A DNA stretch of 64,000 nt from an uncultured Acidimicrobiia bacterium (GTDB lineage: Bacteria > Actinomycetota > Acidimicrobiia > Spongiisociales > ZC4RG35), in the NCBI GenBank assembly GCA_963744905.1, contig CAVUUV010000003.1:513503-577502 (forward strand). The letters run 5' to 3'. The position numbers and the translations under genes are program-made. Below, in pieces: positions 51,334-61,131 of this stretch (positions are counted from its first letter, which is position 1; each line of letters starts with the position of its first letter). Below the pieces are notes generated by a model that saw only the letters and a list, made by a program, of their open reading frames with translations, was not told the origin of the DNA and searched no databases.

Positions 51334-52686
51334 TCAGGTCTGGCGGCGGAACCAGCGCAGCACTGCTCCGGCCGGCATCTCGGAGAGGCGTTCGGCATCG
51401 GAGCCGGCCAGGCTCTTGAGAAGGACGTAGGTGATCACCCCCACCACCACCGGCAGGATCACCACCAGCCACCGGAATGTGAGGGTGATGTCGTGAACGT
51501 CGGCCCGGAACCATCTGGCGATCAGGTCGTTGGAGCCCGCGAAGAAGAGCACCGCGTAGAAGACGAGGGTGGTGAGACCGAGCGAGGTCCGCACCGGCCG
51601 ATCCCGGGGCCGGTCCAACAAGTTGTGCATGGCGCGGTCGCCGGTCAGGCGCGCCTCCAGGAACGGCCACGCATACAACAGCAGGAAGGTGATCCCGGGA
51701 AGGAGGACACCGGGAAAGAAGGGGTTGGGTATCTCGTGCCCGAACATGGTGATGTCCCAAGAGGGAAAGATCCGCAGCGCCCCCTCCAGCCAGCCCAGGT
51801 ACCAGTCGGGCTGGGCGGGTGACGTGACCTGGGCCGGGTTGTAGGGCCCGTACAGCCACACCGGGTTGATCTGGACCAGACCGCCCAGGGTCATCACCAC
51901 GGCCGCCACCATGAAGAACAGGCCCACCGACTTGACGGCGTAGGAGGGCCACAACCGGGAGCCCACCACGTTGTCCTCGGTCCGGCCCTCCTCCGGAAAC
52001 TGGGTGTGCTTCTGGTGCCAGACCAGGGCCAGATGGATGGAGAGGAGGATGCCGATGGCGATCGGCACCAGCATGATGTGGATCGAGTAGAGGCGGGGAA
52101 TGATTCCCTCGGCCGGGTACTCACCCCCGAAAACGAGGTAGGCGACCCAGGGTCCCACAACCGGAATGGACAGGGCGATCGAGTAGAAGACTCGTAATCC
52201 TGTGCCCGACAGGATGTCATCAGGGAGCGAATAGCCGGTGAAGCCGTTGAAGATGGCGGCCAGCAACAGGGTCACGCCCACCAGCCAGTTGATATCGCGT
52301 GGACGGCGGAACGCCCCCGTGAAGAAGATCCGGGTCAGGTGGACGACGATGGCAGCCACGAAAACGAGCGCCGCCCAATGGTGGGCCTGGCGCATCACCA
52401 ATCCGGCCCGGGTCTTGAAGCTGATGTCCAGCACCGACCGATAGGCCTGTGAAACCTCCACCCCGTGCAGCGGGGCGTAAGAGCCCCGGTAGACGACTTC
52501 GGTCTGGCTGGGATCGAAGAAGAAGGTCAGGAACACACCGGTGAGGACCAGCACGATGAATGCATAGAGGGCCACCTCGCCCAGCATGAACGACCAGTGG
52601 TCGGGAAACACCTTGTCCAGGGTGCGACGGGCGAAGGATGAGGCGTCGAGGCGGTCGTCGATCCCCTCCATCCAACGCTCAATCAT
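51334..52686 (-). CDS. qcrB: Cytochrome bc1 complex cytochrome b subunit
   Basis: 450 aa with the cytochrome b helices and conserved His ligands (...RQAHHWAALVFV..., ...YSIHIMLVPIAIGILLSIHLALV...). Confidence 0.85.
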   Translation of the reverse strand: MIERWMEGIDDRLDASSFARRTLDKVFPDHWSFMLGEVALYAFIVLVLTGVFLTFFFDPSQTEVVYRGSYAPLHGVEVSQAYRSVLDISFKTRAGLVMRQAHHWAALVFVAAIVVHLTRIFFTGAFRRPRDINWLVGVTLLLAAIFNGFTGYSLPDDILSGTGLRVFYSIALSIPVVGPWVAYLVFGGEYPAEGIIPRLYSIHIMLVPIAIGILLSIHLALVWHQKHTQFPEEGRTEDNVVGSRLWPSYAVKSVGLFFMVAAVVMTLGGLVQINPVWLYGPYNPAQVTSPAQPDWYLGWLEGALRIFPSWDITMFGHEIPNPFFPGVLLPGITFLLLYAWPFLEARLTGDRAMHNLLDRPRDRPVRTSLGLTTLVFYAVLFFAGSNDLIARWFRADVHDITLTFRWLVVILPVVVGVITYVLLKSLAGSDAERLSEMPAGAVLRWFRRQT

Positions 52687-53527
52687 GACCCGGCCTCCAC
52701 CAGAAGCCAGGGCCCGGAGCCTCTGAGAATTCGCCCTCGGCGATCAGATAGCCCTCGCCGTCGGTGCCGAGCGGGAGCTGGGGCAAAGCCCGGGTGGCCG
52801 GCCCGCCGGTCGGGCGGGCCCCGTCGGGGACGTCGAACACGGACTGATGGCAGGGACAGAAGAGCCGCATCGCCGTCGGCTCATAAAGGCCGACCGGGCA
52901 GCCGACATGGGTACACAGTTTGGAATAGGCGACCAGCCCACGCTCCGACCAGCTCTCCCGGCCGGGGAGGGGGTGATTGGCGTTGGGAGGTAGCCCGATC
53001 AGCAGGGTGACCGCATCGGCCTCACCCAGATAGCCCTCGGGGTAGACCGTTATCACCTGGCCCGTGGCAACCTGATCGGCCGCCACGGCTCTGCCGTCCG
53101 AGTCGACCAGGCGAACACCCTTCTTCCACGGTGTTTCGACCAGCTCCCGGCCGGGACGTCCGCCGAGCGACCGAATCGGGAACAGAAAAGCGACGCCCAG
53201 AGAGCCCAGGGCTGCTGCCGCCATCTTGACCAGGAAGCTGCGGCGACCGATCTCCTCGGCGCCCTCCTCGAGCGCCTCCTCGGCCGACTCCCGCTCGGCC
53301 GGCGTCGGCTGGAGCGACTCCCGCTGCTGCACGGCACCTCCGATGGGTAGGAACGCCTTGGCCCAGACGATGAGAGCCACGCCGAGCGACCCCAACGCCA
53401 CCCCCAGCAGAGCCCCCTCGATCTGCGTCTGGCCCCCCAGGGCATACACCACGGCCAGGGAGAGAGAACACACCACCGTCAGGGCCAGGGCGCCGGCCAC
53501 CACGTGAGCAGAACGGTCTCCGTTCAT
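52679..53527 (-). CDS. qcrA: Cytochrome bc1 complex Rieske iron-sulfur subunit
   Basis: Rieske boxes CTHVGCPV and CPCHQSVF, with N-terminal TM helices. Confidence 0.8.
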   Translation of the reverse strand: MNGDRSAHVVAGALALTVVCSLSLAVVYALGGQTQIEGALLGVALGSLGVALIVWAKAFLPIGGAVQQRESLQPTPAERESAEEALEEGAEEIGRRSFLVKMAAAALGSLGVAFLFPIRSLGGRPGRELVETPWKKGVRLVDSDGRAVAADQVATGQVITVYPEGYLGEADAVTLLIGLPPNANHPLPGRESWSERGLVAYSKLCTHVGCPVGLYEPTAMRLFCPCHQSVFDVPDGARPTGGPATRALPQLPLGTDGEGYLIAEGEFSEAPGPGFWWRPGHD

Positions 53528-54315
53528 TTCTCCTCCCCGACTCGGGTTCCGATCCAGCGGCCCACGACCAGCATCGCTCCCAGGCCGATCAACCAGGCCA
53601 CCGCCCCTTCGGTGACCGGCCCCACCCGTGCGATCGCCCAGCCGCCCTTGTCGCCTTGCCCGGTCTGGAGGAAGGAGACGAATGCGGTGATGTCATCGAC
53701 CTCCTGTTGGGTGAAGTCGAACCGTGGCATTGCCCCCGACCCCCGGCCGCAGTCGGGGTCGTCGTTGGAGCAACCGGGTCCGACCGCCATGGCCTCGGCG
53801 ATCTGGGTCGGGGTGATGTCGGGATTGGTCAGGGGAGGAGCCGCCCTCCCCGAGGTCAGTGCCCCGCCGACGCCGGTCGACGAGTGGCAGGCAGAGCAGT
53901 TGGTGAGATAGAGCTCCAGGCCGCGGGAGCGGTCTCCGGCGGCAGGGTCCGGCTCGAGCACGGGTGGGCCTGTGCCGCCGAACCCCTCGACATAGGCCAC
54001 GATCTGGTTGATCTGACTTTCTGTGAAGGGGGACGGCTTGCGCACCGCGTTGGTGGTGGGTGAGGCGAGCGGCATCCGGCCGCTGCTGAGCATGAAGTGG
54101 GTGTATGCGCCGCCGTCGAGCTCCCCGTCGAGATTCGGGCCTCTCACCGTGCCGCGCCCGTCCGCACCGTGGCACCAGGCGCAGTCCCTCGCAAAGAGCA
54201 CTGCGCCGTTATCAGAGGGCACCTGCTCGACCGGGGGTCGATAGGGCATCGGAGCGGCCGAATAGGCACAGGCACCCAACGCCAGGCCCAGGACGATGAG
54301 CACGAGCCTACGCAT
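53524..54315 (-). CDS. qcrC: Cytochrome bc1 complex diheme cytochrome c subunit
   Basis: Two CxxCH motifs (CAWCHG, CSACHS), a signal peptide and a C-terminal TM anchor. Confidence 0.8.
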   Translation of the reverse strand: MRRLVLIVLGLALGACAYSAAPMPYRPPVEQVPSDNGAVLFARDCAWCHGADGRGTVRGPNLDGELDGGAYTHFMLSSGRMPLASPTTNAVRKPSPFTESQINQIVAYVEGFGGTGPPVLEPDPAAGDRSRGLELYLTNCSACHSSTGVGGALTSGRAAPPLTNPDITPTQIAEAMAVGPGCSNDDPDCGRGSGAMPRFDFTQQEVDDITAFVSFLQTGQGDKGGWAIARVGPVTEGAVAWLIGLGAMLVVGRWIGTRVGEEK

Positions 54316-55114
54316 CGAGGGCCTGCCTCACCTCCGACTGGCCCAGGCCCCGCAACATGAGTCCGGCCAGCGTGCCCATGAACACGGCTCCCATCGGGAT
54401 CCACATGATCAGCCCGGCCAACTCCTGATCGGTCAGCGGCGTGATGGAAAGCAGGGTTTGATGGAGATGAACGCTGTAGAGGGGAGCGGGAGCAAACACG
54501 AGGATGGCTCCGAGCAAGCCTGTGTGGAAGGCGGTGGCGAACACGAGCATGCTCCGGCGCAGGAACCCCCGCCGCCGGTCCAGGACGTTTCCCCAGAACA
54601 GCAGGGCCACAGACAGGAACATGGCGTGCTCGGTCAGGTGGACGAAGTCATTTCGGACTGCGACGTCGTAGAGGGCGGGCACATGCCAGGCCCACAGCAC
54701 CGCCGCAAACGTCACCGTCACCACCGGCATCCGGTTCAGCAACGACATGGCCCTGCCTCCCAAGCGTCGGGGTGGAATCGACACCCGCCGCCATGACCGG
54801 GGAAGCCCCATCATCATGCAGCGACCGGTGTGGCCGTAGAGGAAGAGAAGTGGCACCACCACCAGCAGGGCCAGATGCTGGACCATGTGAGCGGAAAAGA
54901 GGGCGTCGGCGGCTCGTTCCGCCGGCGGGGAGAAGATCGTGATGAGGACGATGACGCCGCCGGCGAAGGCGGCGGTGCGGCGGCCGCGATTGCTGGCGCC
55001 GGGCAGGCGGGCCGAGCCCCGGGCATACAACCAGGCGACGGCGATCGCAGCCAACCATCCCAGGCTGGAGAAGGTGAGTTCTCCCCAGGGAAACGGGCCG
55101 ATGTGGGCGATCAT
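54308..55114 (-). CDS. ctaG: Cytochrome c oxidase assembly factor CtaG (caa3-type)
   Basis: Polytopic membrane protein with HMVQHLALLVVVPLLF and WHVPALYD. The ATG at 55114 overlaps the stop of the upstream small membrane gene. Confidence 0.6.
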   Translation of the reverse strand: MIAHIGPFPWGELTFSSLGWLAAIAVAWLYARGSARLPGASNRGRRTAAFAGGVIVLITIFSPPAERAADALFSAHMVQHLALLVVVPLLFLYGHTGRCMMMGLPRSWRRVSIPPRRLGGRAMSLLNRMPVVTVTFAAVLWAWHVPALYDVAVRNDFVHLTEHAMFLSVALLFWGNVLDRRRGFLRRSMLVFATAFHTGLLGAILVFAPAPLYSVHLHQTLLSITPLTDQELAGLIMWIPMGAVFMGTLAGLMLRGLGQSEVRQALDA

Positions 55115-55518
55115 GGCGAGCACCCACTGGACGTGAACGGGATGGCGACATAGCTGGCGGCGATGACGACCGCAAAGGTGATGCTGATCAGTATCCCGCT
55201 CAGGGCCATCCACTCCGCACGCTGACCCGGCGTATCGTCAACGCCTCCCCGGATCGACACCAGGCACCCTCTCGCCACCCAGCCCGAAGCGATCGTCGCC
55301 AGGAGCAGAACACCATTGAGGACCCCGGTCACCAAGTGGAGAGAGGCACCCCCGACGGTGCCGTATACGGAAGAGCCCGGGGAACAGGCGACAACCTCAG
55401 CCAGGTACCAGTCCGCCCCCAGCTGGACCGCCCAGGCGATCGGCCCGACCAGTATCCCCATCCACAGACGCGCCGACCCGCCGGTCTCTTGCTGGGTGAT
55501 GGCCTCGGGCGTGCTCAT
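55111..55518 (-). CDS. ctaF: Small 3-4 TM membrane protein, probable cytochrome c oxidase subunit IV (CtaF-like) by position
   Basis: 135 aa, MSTPEAITQQETGGSARLWMGILVGPIAWAVQLGADWYLAEVVA.... It is the C-terminal part of the 55111-56058 ORF. ATGA overlaps with ctaE upstream and ctaG downstream. Confidence 0.45.
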   Translation of the reverse strand: MSTPEAITQQETGGSARLWMGILVGPIAWAVQLGADWYLAEVVACSPGSSVYGTVGGASLHLVTGVLNGVLLLATIASGWVARGCLVSIRGGVDDTPGQRAEWMALSGILISITFAVVIAASYVAIPFTSSGCSP

Positions 55519-56120
55519 AGTCGGGGAGAGATGTAGACGGTCAGGAGTACGAACAGCCACACCACGTCCACGAAGTGCCAGTACATGGCGAAGACCTGGA
55601 CGGTGAGATGGCGACGGGAGTCGAAGGCACCCTGAGAGGCCCGGAACTGGGTCCACAGGCTGAACAGGAGCCCCACCAGCACGTGGAAGCCATGGAATCC
55701 GGTGATGACGAAGAACAGGGAGCCGTAGGCGTTGGTCTGGGGGGTGAATTCGCGCAGTATCTCGGGGTATTCGATGCCCAACTGCATACCCAGGAAGACG
55801 GCGCCGAGGACGAAACCCACCGCCAGTCCCCACCGCAACCAGACGGTCGAGCCCCGGCGGATCCCCCGATCGGCCAGATGAACGGGGAGACTGGAAGACC
55901 AGAGGATGGCGGTCATGATCAGAGGCAGGGTCAGTTCCGGGTCGGAGATCCCGTCGGGCGGCCACACCGGGTGCTGGAAGCGGATGAAGAAGTAGGAGAA
56001 GATGAGCATGGCGAAAAGCGCCGACTCGGTCATGATCAGCCACACCATGCCCCACCACCCGAAGGCGCGGGGCCCGGTGGAAACCTCCTGGAGGGCGACG
56101 GGCTCGGACTCGGCGGTCAT
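55515..56120 (-). CDS. ctaE: Cytochrome c oxidase subunit III
   Basis: 201 aa: ...GWWGMVWLIMTESALFAMLIFSYF...FVITGFHGFHVLVGLLF...WHFVDVVWLFVLLTVYI. Start ATG 56120 overlaps the ctaD stop. Confidence 0.8.
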   Translation of the reverse strand: MTAESEPVALQEVSTGPRAFGWWGMVWLIMTESALFAMLIFSYFFIRFQHPVWPPDGISDPELTLPLIMTAILWSSSLPVHLADRGIRRGSTVWLRWGLAVGFVLGAVFLGMQLGIEYPEILREFTPQTNAYGSLFFVITGFHGFHVLVGLLFSLWTQFRASQGAFDSRRHLTVQVFAMYWHFVDVVWLFVLLTVYISPRL

Positions 56121-58000
56121 GTCTCTTGCGTCTCCCCCCGCGGCCAGAACCAGCCGATCATCGCTGCGGTCATCGCCCCTGCCCCGATACCGGCCAGCAG
56201 AACACTCCCCAGCAACAGCCCGTAGGCGGTGACCGTGATGGCCACCACGAGTAACAGAGGCCAGGGGGTGGCGTGTGGCATGTGTGCCTCGGCCTGGGGG
56301 GCGGCATCGAGAGCACTGGTGGCCAGCGTGATGTGACCACCGGTGAGGGCGCGGCCTCCCATCTCCTCGGGCTGGTAGCCGTCCCGCAGCTCCGGTTGAT
56401 CCCAGACCGGCTCCCGCGATCGCACTTCGGGCACCGTTATGAAGTTGTACTCCGGCGGCGGGGAGGTGGTCGCCCACTCCAGTGTCTCGCCCCGCCAGGG
56501 GTCGTTGCCGGCCGGACGTCCGGAACGACGGGCCCAGAACCAGTTGACGACGGTGATCAGGATCCCCAGAGCGAGGATGAAGGCACCGACGGTGGCAATC
56601 AGGTTGGGGGCATCCCAGCCCAGCCCGGCGTCGTAGGTGTAGGTCCGGCGGGGCTGGCCCAACAGACCGGCGATGTGCATCGGGAAGAAGGTGATGTTGA
56701 AGCCGATGAACATCAGCCAGAAGCTGGTCTTGCCCCACTTCTCCGACATCAGCCGGCCGGTCATCTTGGGCCCCCAGTAGTACAGGCCGGCGAACATGGG
56801 GAAGACGGCTCCTCCGGCCAGCACGTAGTGGAAGTGGGCCACCACGAAGTAGGAGTCGGTTATGGCCTGATCAAAGGGCACCGCACTGAACATGGCGCCG
56901 GTCACACCTCCCACCACGAAGAGGATGATGAACCCGTAGATGAACAGCAGCGGGGTGTCGAGACGCGGTCGCCCGGCGATCGAGGTGGCGATCCAGGCGA
57001 ACACCTGCACCGCCGAGGGGATGACAACCATGAAGCTGGCCGCCGAGATGAAGGCCAGGGCTACGTCCGGAATCCCCACCGCGAACATGTGGTGGACCCA
57101 CACGCCGAAGCTGATCAGCGCCACGGCGATCTCGGCCAGGACGATGTAGGTGTACCCGATCATCCGCTGGCGGGTGAAGGTGGGGATGATGGCCGAGGCC
57201 AGGCCGAAGGCGGGAAGCACCACCAGATAGACCTCGGGATGACCGAAGATCCAGAACAGGTGTTGCCACAGGACCGGGTCGCCGCCGGCGGCAGCATCGA
57301 AGAAGTGGAATCCGAACCGGCGCTCCAGGAACAAGAACAGGTTGGCCACCGTGAGCGGGGGCAGGGCGAATATCACCGTGAGGGCGAAGGCGACCTCGCC
57401 CCAGACGAAGATGGGGATCCGATTCAGGCTCATGCCGGGCGCCCGCTGCTTGAAGGCGGTTACCAGGAAGTTGATCGCTCCAACGGTGGTCGAAACCCCC
57501 ACGAAGACGATGCCGAGGGTGTAGAAGTCGATGTTCAGGCCGGGGGTGAAGGTGGCGTCGGATAGGGGCACGTAATTGAACCAGCCGGCATCGGGTGCCT
57601 GGCCGACCAGAAAGGCGGAGTGGAGGAAGAGTCCCGCCGCCAGATAGACCCAGTAGCTGAAGGCATTGAGGCGGGGGAAGGCCATGTCCCGCGCCCCGAT
57701 CATGAGGGGGATGAAGTAGTTCCCGAATCCCGACAGCACCGGTGTGGCGGCGAGGAACATCATCGTCACACCGTGCATGGAGAAGAGCTGGTTGTAGGTC
57801 TCGGGATCAACCACCTGCAGGTTCGACCCGGCCAACTGGGTTCGAATGATCAGCGCTTCGATCCCGGCCAGGATCATGAAGGCGAAGCCGGTATACAGGT
57901 AGCGCAGCCCGATCACCTTGTGGTCTGTGCTTCCGATCGACCCGGCGATCCCACGCCGGCCTTCCCACACCTCGGACAGCCTCTCCTGCAGGGCGGTCAC
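56117..58000 (-). CDS. ctaD: Cytochrome c oxidase subunit I
   Basis: 627 aa with canonical heme-copper oxidase subunit I motifs (WFFGHPEVY-like FWIFGHPEVYLVVLPAFG, HHMF, the copper-B histidines). Confidence 0.9.
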   Translation of the reverse strand: MTALQERLSEVWEGRRGIAGSIGSTDHKVIGLRYLYTGFAFMILAGIEALIIRTQLAGSNLQVVDPETYNQLFSMHGVTMMFLAATPVLSGFGNYFIPLMIGARDMAFPRLNAFSYWVYLAAGLFLHSAFLVGQAPDAGWFNYVPLSDATFTPGLNIDFYTLGIVFVGVSTTVGAINFLVTAFKQRAPGMSLNRIPIFVWGEVAFALTVIFALPPLTVANLFLFLERRFGFHFFDAAAGGDPVLWQHLFWIFGHPEVYLVVLPAFGLASAIIPTFTRQRMIGYTYIVLAEIAVALISFGVWVHHMFAVGIPDVALAFISAASFMVVIPSAVQVFAWIATSIAGRPRLDTPLLFIYGFIILFVVGGVTGAMFSAVPFDQAITDSYFVVAHFHYVLAGGAVFPMFAGLYYWGPKMTGRLMSEKWGKTSFWLMFIGFNITFFPMHIAGLLGQPRRTYTYDAGLGWDAPNLIATVGAFILALGILITVVNWFWARRSGRPAGNDPWRGETLEWATTSPPPEYNFITVPEVRSREPVWDQPELRDGYQPEEMGGRALTGGHITLATSALDAAPQAEAHMPHATPWPLLLVVAITVTAYGLLLGSVLLAGIGAGAMTAAMIGWFWPRGETQET

Positions 58001-59082
58001 TTCAGGCTTCCCAGATAGTCCAGCAGGGCATCGAGGTCTTCGGCACTCAACGAGGTGGGAGGCATCGCCACTCCGGGCTTGACCGATTGGGGATCGGTGA
58101 TCACCGTGGCCAGGTTCTCCCGGGTATTGTCGAGCTTGGCGGCGAAGATCGTCTGTCTGGATGCCAGGTGGGTCAGATCAGGCCCCACCTTGGCATCGGC
58201 CGAGGTGCCCCTGATGGTGTGACAGCCCACACAGGTCGAATTCAAGAAGACCTCTTCGCCCCGCCCGCCGGTCGCGGCCGGCTCCTGCTCGTGCGCCAGC
58301 CACTGGTCGAAGTTGGAGTCGGCCACCACGTACAGGCCCATGTTGGCGTGCTGGAGTCCGCAGAACTCGGCGCACATGCCCCGGTATCGGCCGGCCTCGT
58401 CCGCCTGCAGGGTCATGGTGTTGACCCGTCCGGGGATCATGTCCCGCTTGGGGTGGAGCGACGGGATCCAGAGACTGTGGATCACGTCGTCGGTGGTAAG
58501 CGAGAACTCGACCTGCTTCCCGACCGGGATGTGGATCTCGTTGGCGGTCACCGCTCCCCCGTCGTATCGGGCCTCCCACCACCACATGTGTCCCACCACC
58601 CCCACCTGAGTGGCGGAGTCGTCCGTGCGGCCCAGGGCAGCCAAATCCACCAACGAGATGGCGAAGACGACTACCAGGATGACGGCGGGGATGATGAACC
58701 CCGACCACACCACGAAACGGTTTCCCCAGGCCGGCACATCAGCCGGATCGTCGTCGTCCCCCTCGGACTTCGCACGCCGGCGCAGCGAGTAGGCCATCAG
58801 GACGGCCACCACGACCACCACCACCGCCGAGATCCAGAACAGGAGCCACCACAGCCCCTTCACCCTCCGGGCGCCGGGTCCGAACGTATCGAGCATCGAG
58901 GCGGGACCGGAACATGCGGCCAGCAAGACGAGGGGCAGGAGCAGGAAAAGCGGCCGCGAACGCCGACGACCAGGTCGGCCGGCGGCCGAGTCGTCGGTGG
59001 GGCTGGCTGGGACCTTGGACAACTCCCCAACCTCTCCTTCCTCGGGCAACGGTAATGGCGGGAGACGCTTCGTGGGGACCAT
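57997..59082 (-). CDS. ctaC: Cytochrome c oxidase subunit II with fused C-terminal cytochrome c domain (caa3-type)
   Basis: CuA site (HSLWIPSL...CAEFCGLQHANM) plus a C-terminal CVGCHT heme c motif. N-terminal signal and two TM helices. Confidence 0.85.
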   Translation of the reverse strand: MVPTKRLPPLPLPEEGEVGELSKVPASPTDDSAAGRPGRRRSRPLFLLLPLVLLAACSGPASMLDTFGPGARRVKGLWWLLFWISAVVVVVVAVLMAYSLRRRAKSEGDDDDPADVPAWGNRFVVWSGFIIPAVILVVVFAISLVDLAALGRTDDSATQVGVVGHMWWWEARYDGGAVTANEIHIPVGKQVEFSLTTDDVIHSLWIPSLHPKRDMIPGRVNTMTLQADEAGRYRGMCAEFCGLQHANMGLYVVADSNFDQWLAHEQEPAATGGRGEEVFLNSTCVGCHTIRGTSADAKVGPDLTHLASRQTIFAAKLDNTRENLATVITDPQSVKPGVAMPPTSLSAEDLDALLDYLGSLK

Positions 59083-59209
59083 AGCATTGCCTGTGTAGCC
59101 AAACCGGACAGGCCGTCGACGCCCCGATCATCCAGGAAACGCTGGGCCAGACGCGGGAAGGGGCCGGCCTCGAGCCGGTCCCTCCGAGTCGCTAGGTTGT
59201 TGTCGTGGG

Positions 59210-59860
59210 TCAGCGCATAATGCTGCCGACACGGGCCATCAGCGCTCCACCGCCCAGAACCATGCCGGCCCCGACCGTCAGCAGGCCGATGGTGGTCAGT
59301 GTCATCGTGCCCAGTGCCAGGGCGAGAATGCCCAGGGTCACTCCGGCCAGACCGACCAGCACTTCACCGCCGGCTCCGGTCTGCACCACTGTGTCGGGCA
59401 CAGACGATCCGCGTCCAACCGAGGCCAAACGCGCCTCGGTGCCGGATCCGAACAGGAGCGCGCCACCAAAAGCGATGGCCGACACACCCAGCAGGATCTC
59501 CGGCAGGACGCCCAGCAACGCCAGGATGCCGAGCGTGACTCCGCCCACACCACCGATCATCTCGGCGGTGAGGCCGCCACCCATCTCGACTTCCTGGTTC
59601 AGCGTGTTCGTGTCGGTGGCGACGCGCAGACTCTGCCACTTGGCAGCAACTGTGAACGCCTCGATCAGTAGCCCACCACCGATGGCAATGGTCGCAACAG
59701 CCGTCAGGGCTGTTGGCGCCATTCCAATCAGAGCCAGGATGGTCAATACCACCGCACCTGCTCCGGCGATGGCCTCTGTTCCGGCACCACCAAACACATA
59801 CGGGGCGCTGCGGGACTCGGCCCGATAGTCGGTTCTCGTTGTTTCGGCCGTAGCCGCCAT
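59210..59860 (-). CDS. Hypothetical Gly/Ala-rich repetitive membrane protein
   Basis: 216 aa with at least three repeats of a GxxGVTLGILALxG-type TM motif. No family recognised. Confidence 0.4.
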   Translation of the reverse strand: MAATAETTRTDYRAESRSAPYVFGGAGTEAIAGAGAVVLTILALIGMAPTALTAVATIAIGGGLLIEAFTVAAKWQSLRVATDTNTLNQEVEMGGGLTAEMIGGVGGVTLGILALLGVLPEILLGVSAIAFGGALLFGSGTEARLASVGRGSSVPDTVVQTGAGGEVLVGLAGVTLGILALALGTMTLTTIGLLTVGAGMVLGGGALMARVGSIMR

Positions 59861-60020
59861 CTTGAACCTCCTTCGTTCTCGATGTCAGTCAATATCTGCC
59901 CGTCACCTAGATGAGCAAAACAGTCATTTTTCGAATTTGACCTTCGAATTCGGCCTTCGAAGATCTCGTTGCGAAACCCCCGCCAGGCAGGCCGATCGAC
60001 GGGTTGTGTAGGGTCCGGAC

Positions 60021-61055
60021 ATGGAACCACGCCTGCTCCCCGCCACCATTTCCGGCAGCCTGCCGAAGCCGCACTGGCTGGCCTCACCCGATCAGTTGTG
60101 GGCAGCCTGGAGGCAGAACGATGACGAACTCGCCGAAGCAAAGCGGGACGCAATCAGGGTGGCGGTACACCTACAGGAGTCGGCCGGACTCGACATAGTC
60201 TCCGACGGCGAGCAGACCCGACGCCACTTCGTGACCACGTTCACAGAGGGTCTGGAGGGAGTCGACGCCCACCAACGCGACACCGTGCAGATACGTCGCC
60301 GGTACGACGCCTCGGTTCCCCGGGTGGTGGGCCCGGTGTCGAGACCGAGGCCGGTCTTCGTCGAGGACGCCCGCTATTTGCGCTCTCTCACCCCCCGGGC
60401 AACCAAGTACACCCTTCCCGGCCCGATGACGGTGGTGGACACTCTCTCCGACCACCACTATGGAGATCGCCAAACCCTGGCCATGGAGATGGCCACCCTG
60501 CTCAACCAGGAGGCACGTGAGCTGGCAGAGGCGGGGATCGACGTGGTTCAGTTCGACGAGCCCGCCTTCAACGTCTTCTTCGATGAAGTGGAAGATTGGG
60601 GGATCGATGCCCTGGAGAGGGCGGCGGCCGGTGTGGACGCCATCGTGGCGGTCCACATCTGCTACGGCTACGGCATCGCCGCCAACATCGAGTGGAAGCA
60701 CGGCCTGGGTGCGGAGTGGCGCCAGTACGAGCTCACCTTCCCGTTGCTGGCCCGATCCAACATCGACCAGGTATCGATCGAGATCGCCGGCTCCCGGGTC
60801 CCACTGGAAGTCCTGGACCTGCTGGGCGACAAGGTCGTCCAGGCGGGGGTGATCGATGTGGCCACCAACGAGGTGGAAACCCCCGAGATGGTGGCCGAAA
60901 CGCTGAGCCGCGTCCTGGAGCACCTGCCCGTCGAGCGTCTGGTTGCCTCGACCAATTGCGGAATGGTGCCCCTGGCCCGCGACACAGCCGAAGCAAAGCT
61001 GGCAGCTCTCGGAGCGGGGACCGAGCTGGCTCGGCGCGCCGTTCAAGACGGTTGA
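60021..61055 (+). CDS. Cobalamin-independent methionine synthase II (MetE C-terminal-domain-like) family protein
   Basis: LPATISGSLPKPHWL N-terminus and C-terminal zinc-ligand context ...VHICYGY... and ...STNCGM.... Confidence 0.65.
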   Translation: MEPRLLPATISGSLPKPHWLASPDQLWAAWRQNDDELAEAKRDAIRVAVHLQESAGLDIVSDGEQTRRHFVTTFTEGLEGVDAHQRDTVQIRRRYDASVPRVVGPVSRPRPVFVEDARYLRSLTPRATKYTLPGPMTVVDTLSDHHYGDRQTLAMEMATLLNQEARELAEAGIDVVQFDEPAFNVFFDEVEDWGIDALERAAAGVDAIVAVHICYGYGIAANIEWKHGLGAEWRQYELTFPLLARSNIDQVSIEIAGSRVPLEVLDLLGDKVVQAGVIDVATNEVETPEMVAETLSRVLEHLPVERLVASTNCGMVPLARDTAEAKLAALGAGTELARRAVQDG

Positions 61056-61131
61056 CCACAATCGACTCGCACCCCCGTTTGAGGGCCGGGCGGGCCGGGT
61101 AAGCCTCACCACCCGAAGCGAGAGGGAGCTA

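Noticed and set aside
55111-56058. Full 315-aa ORF
   Set aside because: Only the last 135 codons are protein-like; the 5' part is out-of-frame overlap with ctaE.
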